DNA of 64,000 nt from Octopus sinensis (lineage: Eukaryota): contig NC_043000.1 in assembly GCF_006345805.1 (NCBI RefSeq), positions 51,956,001 to 52,020,000 of the forward strand. Direction: 5' to 3'. The notes under the pieces are model-generated. The model was not told the origin of the DNA, made no database searches, and was given only the letters and a program-made list of their open reading frames with translations. A program made the translations under genes and the position numbers. Positions 13,509 to 24,628 of this stretch are shown one piece after another; positions within the stretch are counted from its first letter, which is position 1; each line of letters begins with the position of its first letter.

Positions 13509-14529
13509 TATAAACATATGCATATATACATGCATATATGTACATGCCTACATCTATTTGTATATATACATGCATATATGGGTGCAGGACATGAAAAAGA
13601 CGTTGAACACAATGAGAAACGAAAACATAAAAACAAAAACATTGAAACGGACTTTTTTTTCAAACAACAACGAAAAAAGAGAGTACAAGGCATACAACAC
13701 AAGGAATATTCCCCTTCTTCAGTTGTCGCTGTTTCGTCTACTCCGCGCCTCGAAGGTAAGGACCAGACGCGACTTCGTTGAAACAGTCCTTCCCGCAAAG
13801 CAAATTAAATAATATTTGGGACTTTGTGCGGAGGGATAAAAGTGGTAACAAGAACAGGACAGTAAGAAAAAACAAGACAGTAAAAACAATACAAGAGAAT
13901 AACACAGTAAAAACAAACGATGAGGGTTGTTAAGCCAAGACGATGGAAAAATTGTGAACACATTAAGGAATCAGCTTATGAGAGGGACAGGATAAGCCGT
14001 CTTGTCTCGGTGAAGATAGCAGTTGGAAAGATGGCTTCCCTCTGGTCACGTGTCAGTGACGAAAGTCGAGGAGGAGGAGTAAGAGAGAAGGAACGGTGTT
14101 CCCTCTCTTGTTCTTCATCCTTTCTGGGTTTCTCCCCCACTCTTCCCTATTCTTCTCCTCTCCTCTTCACCGTTCCCTTTCTCTTACTCAGGAGTCACAC
14201 AGGACAGCTAGGAAGAAAGGGAGATGATAAAGTAGTGGTGATCCCAGAATGAAGGTGCGCGTGCGTGTGTATGTGAGAATGTGTATGTGCGTGTGAAAGC
14301 ATCATCCGAAATTGTCGCTTTTTCTGTTCATGAATGTGCCTCAGAATGATTCTCCTCGCCTCTTAGTATAGCATGCACCTCCTTCCATTTAAATATGGTC
14401 CTTAAAAGTTCTAGGAAATACTAAATTTGTACGGCTGCTTTGTCTTTTAATCGCAGCTTGCTAAAGTTGTAACATTACCCCTCTTGGATTGTGAAGGAGA
14501 TTTTAGTAACCCTTCTTATTCGAGAAAAG

Positions 14530-14690
14530 TGTAGTTTCATGGACATTGTATCCTTACTTGCTCTGACGTGTAGCAGCTTGAATAGTCCTATTCTTTTCAA
14601 TTGCTCATGATAGTAGCAGCCCTTGTATCGTCAATAGTAGCTTCATCCGTTAGATCTATGCTGTGTAAATTTAAGCGCTTCTTAAACCTT
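14530..14690 (-). pseudogene. Degraded CR1/L2-type LINE C-terminal fragment
   Basis: Translation YHEQLKRIGLFKL resembles the YxERLKxLGLFSL tail motif. Confidence 0.4.
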
Positions 14691-14744
14691 TCAAACTAAC
14701 CTTTACTAGGGAGAAATCTTCATCAGAATTTTCAGTTTTAGGAA

Positions 14745-15110
14745 ATCGTCATACAATCTTCTTTCCAACCACTTGGCTTCGGGTTCAGCCCCACAGCAAT
14801 GGGCAAATGTCTTCTGCTGTAACATTGGGTCGTCCAATTATTATGTGAGTGGATTTGATAGACGGAAACTGAAGGAAGCCCATTGTATATATCTATGTGT
14901 GAGTGTCTTTGTGTCTGTGTTTGTCCCCTCACCATTGCTTGAGAACTAGCGTTGGCGTGTTTACGTCCCGGTAACTTAGCGATTTGGCCATAGAGACCGG
15001 TAGAATAAGTACTAAGCTTTCACAAAGCCCTGTAATTGCTTTCTTTGACTAAAACCTTTTAAGACGGTGCCCCAACATGGCCGCAGTCAAATGACTGAAA
15101 CAAGTAAGAG
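14745..15110 (+). mobile_element. SINE family A, diverged copy
   Basis: cgggttcagccccac, gacggaaactga, gtgtttacgtcccggtaacttagcg, catggccgcagtcaaatgactgaaac. Confidence 0.8.
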
Positions 15111-15200
15111 ATCGGAACAATTTGTTGAGGTTGATTCTCGATCAATATACGCAGGAGCCGATACATACATACATACATACATACATACATACATACTACA

Positions 15201-15274
<74 letters not shown>

Positions 15275-15349
15275 TTGAGTTTACGTATTTTATCGTTCTA
15301 CTTCTTTCTACCAACAGCGTGTCAATTTAGAGTCAATGAACTTTCAAAT

Positions 15350-15403
15350 CTGAAGAGTCGTCAATATTGTCTATGTGAAATAGTCGACGCGAAACCGATT
15401 GTA
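15350..15403 (+). ncRNA. Hammerhead core with unsupported stem I
   Basis: CUGAAGA, stem II G(U)CGUC/GACGC, GAAA-C...G-UA; no convincing stem I. Confidence 0.4.
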
Positions 15404-15518
15404 GCATTCTGAACAGATATATGTCATAACCAGTAATATACTGCTCCATGATACTGAATGTGCCTTTTATTGACTCATGGGCAACTAACTGACTATATAT
15501 ATGTATTATATATATGTA

Positions 15519-15594
15519 TGTTCATAGAATCATTTCTGCATAATATAAACTTATAACTTACACACACACACACATGTATGTCTATATATGTGTG

Positions 15595-15638
<44 letters not shown>

Positions 15639-15696
15639 CATAGAATCATTTCTGCATAATATAAACTTATAACTTACACACACACACATGTATGTA

Positions 15697-15700
<4 letters not shown>
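15519..15700 (+). repeat. Tandem duplication (about 116 bp period) between microsatellites
   Basis: tgttcatagaatcatttctgcataatataaacttataacttacacac occurs at 15519 and 15635. Confidence 0.9.
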
Positions 15701-15734
<34 letters not shown>

Positions 15735-15921
15735 CGTATATTTATATGTATTTTCATATATAATTATACGAAAATATTTGTAAAAGCATACATGTGGGCA
15801 TGTATATACATATACGTTTACAATCATATACAACGTATTCACGTCTGTACACACACACATATATATATGTGAAATATTACAATATATGTATTAGATGCAC
15901 ACACGCGTGTTCCATTTACGC

Positions 15922-15962
<41 letters not shown>

Positions 15963-17254
15963 CGTGTGCGTATGACACAAAACATAAGAACTGAGGGACA
16001 TTGAAAGCCGCTGGAAAATGTTACTAAAATGTATCAATTAAGTATTATAATTGTAGAACTTCGTCAATAAAATCCAACAATAGTACCCATTAATTCAATT
16101 CATTGCTTTTATGCATCTTAATATTTTTATCTTCTGCTTCTGGTTAGTTATATTTCAAGTGATGGGACACTATTGCAGTCTGAATAATTTTATTCAGAAA
16201 CGCGAGAGACATTCCTTCGCCAAAATAATGATTCTTATTTTTATATATATCTTTATGTTTTGCTGGAATCAATAGACCTTATTTTTCAGATTGAAGCAAT
16301 GGCTATTAAAGTTACATTTGTTCGTTCAATTTCCTTTGAGTTTTTTTCCTTCATTTTTATTGCTTTGTTTTTTTATTTACATTTCTCTTTTTGTATTGTT
16401 TGGTTACTTTCATACAATCTGTTCATTGCTTTCTGTTGGTTGCTGTTACTATATTCTGAGACACTCTTCCCACTCCATCCCTCACTATCAAATGCACAAA
16501 CTCTACAGGTACTGAGTGTTCCCGGTGTTAGCAATAACAAGAAAAACTGTAAATTGATAGCACTTTCAGTACATTTAATATTGTGAAATCAATAAAGATT
16601 GTAATGTAGACTTATAAACACGTGGAAACAAGGTAAAGTTAATATAACTCTCGTCTTTAAAAGTTTTACGATCCTTAAGATACCATCGTAAAAATCACAT
16701 AAGAAATGTTATGTAGTTAAATGTCTTGATTTGTTTTTCATTTCCCTTTTTCTTTGTAGATATGTAATACTCAGTTACTATGAAATGAAATATTGAGTAA
16801 AATAATAAAACCCAAAAGACTGGGAAACTGATATTTCTAAAGGAATTGTCTGCAATATCTATTATTAACACTATATACGGTTGTAACTTATTTGGCAATA
16901 ATATCGATTAGGCGCTCTTGGAATATTTGGTTAGATAACTCTATAAGATGTTGAAAAGCAAACTGGAAAATGTTGTGTAGTTTAAAGATCGGAAAAACGG
17001 AATGACAGAGCTTCTACGCCTGGCCTTTTAACAAGATCAGCCAAATACTCCTAAAAGCACGTCGTACAGTATTGAAAAAAGGATAGTGGTCGCATCCCAG
17101 AGTAATTTGCTTTTTAAAACGTGTTTACTTTCTAAACCGATTAAATTGGTTGCCTGTCGGTTTCGAAGATATCTATTCAGTTGGTCGATCAGCTGAACTA
17201 CCTGCTCATTGAGTTGGTGAACGAGTGGCTGAGTATTCCGCGGACACAAATACC

Positions 17255-17487
17255 CATTTCTTTACTGCCCATAAGGGGCTAAACACAGAGGGGGCAAACA
17301 AGAACAGACAAACGGATTAAGTCGATTATATCGACCCCAGTGCGTAACTGGTACTTAATTTATCGACACTGAAAGGATGATAGGCAAAGTCGACCTCGGC
17401 GGAATTTGAACTCAGAGCGTAACGGCAGACGAAATACCGATAAGCGTATCGCCCGGCGTGCTAACGTTTCTGCCAGTTCGCCGCCTT
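17255..17487 (-). mobile_element. SINE family B (tRNA-like head, Nin/Deu-like centre)
   Basis: Reverse complement aaggcggcgaactggcagaaacgttagc...gagttcaaattcc...gcctatcatcctttcagtgtcgataaattaagtaccag. Repeated at 31996-32406. Confidence 0.82.
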
Positions 17488-18009
17488 TCACAAATACCGT
17501 CAACATATTCTTCAAGCAGAATAAATTTCATTGTGTGTAATAGCGTTGAACGCTTGAATTACAGATATAGTTTATCAGATAACTTTCGGCACACTTTATG
17601 TGTACTACTTTCACACACAAAGCTTAGCGAGCGCCAAATTATAACAGAAGACACTTGCGATGCAATGCAGTGAGATCATTGAAGTTGGAACCTCAATATT
17701 GCTAAGCGAACGTCTTTCTTATTTGAACATGATGCATCTATACCAACTAATGTACAATACTGTACACTTACTACCGGCTTCGATGCCCAGGGTTGTTATA
17801 CAGAAAGAAGTTTGCGTTATCTTCTTTATGTTTCTGATTAATTAACATAATATAAGTCATTGAACAATATAATTATTTTTAATTAGCTTTTTGATATTTT
17901 TGGCAAAAAATATTTTTGATGGATGGACAGATGGTAGTCTCTCGTAGTCCGAGAACGATGGTTCTGTAATTTGTTGCTGAACATAGTTTTGTAGTAGTCA
18001 AATGTATGT

Positions 18010-18210
18010 GCTGTATATTAGCTCACCCCCTCTGTCAAATCGACGTTGCCTGAAGAGGTGCACGGTGTACCACACGTCAGGTGTCGAAGTGATGGCAGAG
18101 CAACGCGAGATGAAGTGATTTGCTCAAGTACACAACACACCACCCGGTAGAAGGCGTGAAACCACGATCTCGTAAGTGCAACACCTCTGACTACTAGTCC
18201 ATGCGCTCCC
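18010..18210 (-). mobile_element. SINE family C, diverged
   Basis: gcaacgcgagatgaagtgatttgctcaagtacacaacac and ccatgcgc match the 5130-5242 segment. Confidence 0.6.
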
Positions 18211-19559
18211 GTTAATAAATATTCCTTTACTAACTTAACTACTGTTTTTCATGCAAATCCTGCCTTTGATTGCAGGGTTGAAACCGCTGCTGGCAGGCAT
18301 CTGGCAACAGCATAAAAACATCTCTGAACGCACTAATTCCTAAACCATTGTCATTGGCGTACTGATGATAATCATTTCTCAGCGCAGGTCCTTTGCGAGT
18401 TTGAACTGGAGCCATGTCATTTTAACCCCTCAGGAGGCTAATTTATCAGCTGACAAATAATTTTGTATCCTCCTCTGCAGTTTATAACTAATGCGCAGTA
18501 AGCACTGGTTTCCAGAGGACCACTTTCAGTCACTAATATCCCAGCTGTTTACATACAGAGACCGAACTGATAGTTAATGGTAACTAATGAGTCATTGCCT
18601 TTCCTTTACTCTCGAACATCAAAAAGATATCACATGAATAGCGAGATGCAAATAAAATTCGAATCATTGAAATGTGCTTTTATCTATTATCCAGCATCTT
18701 TTGGATTTCATTTTAATCTAGATGCTGTTCATTGCCATTTGCTAATAGACAACCCACGCATCCTGTTCCATTCTGAGATACAAATATTGGTCGTCTCTCT
18801 CTTCTATGCACGATATATATATATTCTATATTCCAAATTCACTGTGTGGGATATCTGCATACAGGTAGAGTTCCTACCACCCACCTCTCATCTGGAATTT
18901 AGCATCACAGACATAGGTCTGACATCGAGGACATAATGTTCAAAACTTCCTACACAAACGTTGTTAGCTCAAAACCTGGAAGCAACTGCGACTTTAAAAT
19001 GTCTGTAACAGATAGTACCGTCATCTTTTCGAGTTAGAGCGTTTCACTACTGCATAAATCACACCTGATTTCTTTTTCACTTCCGAATCTAGCCGTTAGT
19101 AAATCTTTCTCCCTCTCTCTCTCTCTCTTGATACAAAGTATTCGTTCATTGTGTGTTCAAGACTTGAATATTTCCTTACGTATATGTGTATACATAAGGA
19201 TAAATTCAAGTCCTGTGTATAAATTACAAAGATTCAGAGGCACATATATATATAGATATGCATACACGCATACACATGTATATACACACATATGTATACA
19301 CATATATATTAGTACATACATGAATATATACCTCTAGTCATCTACTTATACACATAGACATATTGAGATTGATCGGCTGAATTACTTGGGACAACCCAGC
19401 AGAAAATTGGAACTCAAATGCTAGTTCCCTCTTTTTCTGTACATCGTATATAAGACCAAGTTGTTTACATCTCTCTATTCATAGAGAGAAGGTAAAAATA
19501 TAAAGATATATTGTGTAGCACAGTATAACTCTCAAAACACAGTAATATTTGTAGTGATC

Positions 19560-19900
19560 CTACAACGGCGCGCGCGCGCGCGCCGTCCATTTGTATTTCG
19601 CGCGTGTTGGTGCCTTCACCAAGGCACAGAAAGGAAGGGCCCTCTCGCGCATGCGCGAACCACCGGAAGCACGACCCTGGCCAAGGCAGGGGGATCGTAG
19701 AACGTTTGACCACTAGCAGCAGTCATCGAGGACTTGGGACCCAGCGATTGAAGGCGACGTCACGCGATATATTTTCTCTCCGTTGGAACTAGCTTCTAGC
19801 AGTCCTTACCAAATTGTTGCAGACCAACATCGTCTCCATTGTTCGACGCCATCTTGACCCCTTTCTGGTTTAGGGCTGGACATTGTAAATATTACAATCT
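19560..19900. promoter_or_regulatory. CpG-rich promoter-like island
   Basis: (CG)n palindrome 19565-19586, NRF1-like tcgcgcatgcgcga 19645-19658, ETS accggaag 19662, CRE-like gacgtca 19756, YY1-like cgccatctt 19847, in otherwise CpG-poor DNA. Confidence 0.65.
19810..19852 (-). CDS. Probable first coding exon of an unidentified host gene (MASNNGDDVGLQQF, phase 1)
   Basis: aagATGGCG start context, 43 nt open frame, then G|GTAAGG donor (19809-19804), inside the CpG island. Downstream exons not identified. Confidence 0.5.
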
Positions 19901-20807
19901 ATTAACTTATAGCGGTGCGCGCCCGAACCTAGGACATCAGATAACACACTTATTGTTATTGTTTACCAAGAAAGAGAATAAAGTAGTTTATGTATATTTC
20001 ACGTCTGCGTCTTGTTGTTTCTGACTTGTAGAGAATCTGGATTATTAAAGCAACGGCTAGTGAGTGATTGCTTTGTGCACCCCAAAAGTGCACTAGGATA
20101 TTCACACTCAGCAAGTTCGTTTACATATTCATTTGTTAGGAGGCTGAATATTCAATCCCTCACAATTTTGAGTTTTTGATTGTGTCGGATTTTTCAAGCG
20201 ACATAATTCTATCGGTTGAAGTTTTACATATAACGAAATATACACAGAAAAGATCTCCCTCTCACTCTTTCATTTACGCCTGTCTCATTGTAAACTTTCC
20301 CCCTTCTCTCTATATATATTTACCACATTCTATACGTATATCCATTACCGTGTGTATGTGTGTATGTCTTTGTGTGTGTATGCCAGTGTGTGTTTATGTA
20401 TGTTTGATTTGTTTGTGTGTGTGTGTAAGAAATATCACTTGGGCGACAGAGTCGAAAGATCGTCACAAAGCATAAACAGGGAGCAATGAAAAATTTTTAT
20501 ATCTATACACCAGACGGAAAAAACAAAAACTTAGTTTATCGATACATTATAAATAGTCCTATATATAGCAGAACTCTGTCTTGGTCAAGAGGCCTATACG
20601 TCGGATATATTACAATTACTATGCACACACACAAGTTCTCTCTGTATGTATGTACATAGTGATTGTAAAATGATTCGACCTATGTATTCTTTGATATAAG
20701 CTCTTGTGCAGGAAAAACATTTCAAGATAATCTAACCCCAGAAGACTCGTAACTGAAGAATTTTAATTGTTATTCCAAACATTAGAAAATATTTCCATTT
20801 TCGGAAT

Positions 20808-20847
<40 letters not shown>

Positions 20848-21539
20848 ATATATAATATATTATATCATATAAGGTAAAGAACACAGTAGAAGTATATGTA
20901 CACACAAGCACTCACATGGAAGTATGAATACATACACAGTGACGAATGCTGGACACAAATTTATACATAAGCATTTAGGTTTGTGTTGGGTTTAAATAAC
21001 TTATATTTCATGATTTATGAATCAGATTCAATTTAGATATCTCTGCGGGGTAGTTATGTACGAGTGATTCTTTAAACGAACAAATTGAATAACAAACTGT
21101 TTCTTGAGGAAAATGAAACTTGCATTGCAAGCTGAAATTTGATCACCGAATTTGATCAACAAATCGTGAGTCCATTCAGCTGAAATTTGAACTACAAACC
21201 ACATACAAACTACGCACTCATATAACTGCTGGGAGAACATATATAAACTTTTCGTTAAACGAATAAATTATATAGCGAAGAAAAAAATATATTAAGCCAA
21301 CGAACTGAGATTTGTGCAACAAACCACAAGTATACGCTGCACGCATAGAAGTGGTTGTATAATTGTATATATATTCATATTTTATATATAAAATATTTCT
21401 CATTATCTTTTAAAAAATAGAAAATTATGGATCGACAGAATCAAGACACATACACACAAGCATTTATGTATTTGCTATTGATGGATGAACAAGTAAAACA
21501 TCTCATGCTTTTATGTAACTTGGAAAGGATTACACCTTT

Positions 21540-21629
21540 TTAATGTATTCCAACTACTCATGTAACGAACAATTTGATTAACGAACAGGGCTCTAGAACG
21601 AATTATGTTTGTATACAGGTACCCCACTG
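21540..21629. mobile_element. Pogo/Tigger-like MITE right end
   Basis: Terminus ggtaccccactg-ta preceded by aacgaac sub-repeats. Confidence 0.4.
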
Positions 21630-22449
21630 TATGTAGTGCAAATTGGTTTGCTCAGTTCACCTTAGTCTCTAACATCAGTGAATTTATAAGCAATGAGTTC
21701 ATAGACAGTTAAGGAACGCTCACTTCTGCTGACGAAATATGCAGACATTTGTTCCGCATTTGTGTGTGAGCTCATTGTCTATATAGACATAATGAAATTC
21801 GTCGTGACATACACTGTAGGCTATAGTGCTTCATTACAAAAGTTGCGCGCGTGCGCGTGTTTCAGAGTGCACATGTATGTTTTATATGTTATTGCCCAAA
21901 AGGCAAAGTAGTTCAACAGGATATTAGACTTCCGAAATTATTTGCTTGATCTGCGAGTTTCTTTTTCAAATTTAATAGAAAAAGCTAGTTTTATAATCTC
22001 AAAAAAAAATTCATTCTTCGGTAAATAGACGAATAAAAACATCGTAATGTAATGACAGCAACGGTATTTCAACCTCGACCTCAAATACACTGTATTTTAA
22101 CGCTCAAGAATGTCTCGCGGGTATCTTTAAATAAAAACGACTAGTTCATGAGATAAGATGGAAACACAATTTCGCAGATTTTCTTTCAGCTGAGAAAGGT
22201 AAAATATTCACCACAGAATAATACACCGAAGAACAGCTCAGGGCTTTTATAAAATGAGAGTGAAACCTTCAACATATTGTGCTTTTCGTAGGCTTTATTG
22301 CTCTCGACCACTGCCCATTCTAATCTTGTTTCTATAACTAAACAGAACTTCTGTTATAAATGGTATTTTTAACAGATCCATATCGAAACATTAGTTAAAT
22401 TCAAGTTTTCTCTAATTTCAGTTGTTAGCAGAAAAGAATGAATGTGTAA

Positions 22450-22640
22450 CAACACAAAGCATGTGAACCGCTGAAGTCTACAAGTGCTTTTCATTCTCTC
22501 CGTTTACTTTCTCTTATTTCTTTCTGTTGAAGAGCGTAGGCTCGAAACATAAAAGACTTTTCATTTTCCCGAGCGTCAAACTAATACACTTATTTGTTGT
22601 TCGTACGTCTGTCTTCATCTTTTGTTTTTCTATGAATTTC
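22450..22640 (+). mobile_element. Family X short element with variant hammerhead (22520-22554)
   Basis: CUUU-CUGUUGA-A-GAGC(GUAG)GCUC-GAAA-CA-UA-AAAG. Downstream ccgagcgtcaaactaatacac is the reverse complement of the gtgttattggacgctcagg-like segment at 34905. Confidence 0.6.
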
Positions 22641-23368
22641 AAATATATATACATAGCGGATTGATAAAAAGATACGGATAGGGTAAATAACATGTTTAAA
22701 ACGTACAGGGGTCGATTTGTTCGATTAAAATATTCAAAGCGATACCCCAGTCTAATAACAAAGACGTAAAAAATTCAAAATATAATGTATGTCTAATATA
22801 TATATATATATATATATAGATATATATATATATATACATATACACATGCACACTATAAGGTCACGCACATACACACACCACCCGAACACGCACACACCAA
22901 CTGTTAAACAAAAGCGTTTACACATGCACGCACACACACATACACGAGAGCCTCACACAAATGTATACACGTATATGTGCACACGCAAACACACACACGA
23001 TTACACGAGACGCGCGTTACTCAACACACACACTTGTCTACTTCTTTCTCCGTATTTTTTCACCCTCCCATTTTTTGCATCTATCGTCCTCTCTTTTCTT
23101 TACGAGATTTCTCTTGTTCTATCGTCTTGATTTGTAATTTGTATAGGCTATATGCTCATAGACATGTTATATAAACCTGCCGAGACCACGTCTGTAATGT
23201 ATGTAACTATTAGTAGCTCATAAGTACATACTCTACATTAAACAATATTTATCTCTCATCGGATGGAATACTTTTTTGTTCATCTTACTTTAACAGATAT
23301 ATATATACGTACATACATACATACAGAGAGAGAGAGAGAAATAGGTTGATAGACAGAGAGAAATAGAT

Positions 23369-23399
<31 letters not shown>

Positions 23400-23401
<2 letters not shown>

Positions 23402-23542
23402 TTCAGATGCATACACGTGTATATATATTGTGCTACAAAGTTATATTTGCACACTTTTATCTATTTGCTTCAAAATTAACCGTTTCTAAAAAGAATTAAA
23501 TAATTACTTCATGCCCTTGAAATTTGTAAATTCTTATGACGT

Positions 23543-23585
<43 letters not shown>

Positions 23586-23793
23586 ACACATACTCAGTAA
23601 TATATTCCTATGTATACATATATATATATATATGTATATATAACACATACCCAGTAATATATTCCTATGTATACACACACATATATATAATATATATATG
23701 TATATATAACACATACCCAGTATATATTCCTATGTATACATATATATATATATATATATATATAACATATACCCAGTAATATATCCTATGTAT

Positions 23794-23838
<45 letters not shown>

Positions 23839-23866
23839 ACACATACCCAGTAATATATTCCTATGT

Positions 23867-23897
<31 letters not shown>

Positions 23898-23920
23898 ACA
23901 CATACCCAGTAATATATTCC

Positions 23921-23959
<39 letters not shown>

Positions 23960-23985
23960 CACATACCCAGTAATATATTCCTATG

Positions 23986-24021
<36 letters not shown>

Positions 24022-24057
24022 ATATATACACATACCCAGTAATATATTCCTATGTAT

Positions 24058-24102
<45 letters not shown>

Positions 24103-24336
24103 GAGAGAGAGAGAGAGAAGAGAGAGAGAGAAATAGATAGATAGAGATTAATAAATAGAAAGATAGAGAGGGAGAGAGTGAGATTCAGATACATATGCAC
24201 ATACACGTGTATATATATTGGGCTACAAATTATATTTGCACGCTTTTATTTACAGCTATATTTGCTTCAAGATTAACCGTTCCTAGAAATTAAATAATTA
24301 CTTCACGCCCCTGAAGTTTGTAAATTCTTATGACGT

Positions 24337-24372
<36 letters not shown>

Positions 24373-24400
24373 CACATACCCAGTAATATATTCCTATATA
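23400..24400. repeat. Higher-order duplication containing a microsatellite-spaced minisatellite array
   Basis: acacatacccagtaatatattcctatgtat recurs about 8 times in 23584-24062 separated by variable (TA)n, plus once at about 24372. The unique flank 23400-23545 is repeated at 24182-24340. Confidence 0.9.
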
Positions 24401-24444
24401 CACACACATATATGAATAATTAATTTGGTTATAAAGTAATAAAT

Positions 24445-24628
24445 TGTTGTAATCCTTAATGTCAGTATAGCAGTATAGTTGTTAGAACTGTAAAGATACG
24501 ACTATCTAAGAACGCCTACTACATTACTCTTCCTCTATACTGACCGGTATCACTTTATTTATAGTGACTAGTATATACCACTCATGGCGCGGGAGGGATG
24601 TACCATTAGCACTATTATTCCCACAACA
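24445..24628 (-). mobile_element. 3' LTR (184 bp) of the Gypsy element
   Basis: TGTTG...CAACA termini; polypurine tract AAAAGGGAATA immediately upstream (24639-24629); internal TATAAATAAA. Confidence 0.75.

Noticed and set aside
14660-14730. CUGAUGA...GAAA on the - strand
   Set aside because: No stem II, III or I pairing.
18860-19000. Candidate second exon for the 19852 gene
   Set aside because: The in-phase reading hits a stop before any strong donor.
21725-21765. CUGACGA followed by a hairpin
   Set aside because: No GAAA or cleavage triplet downstream.
23584-24062. CRISPR-like array of a 30 bp repeat
   Set aside because: The spacers are only (TA)n, the context is eukaryotic and there are no cas genes.
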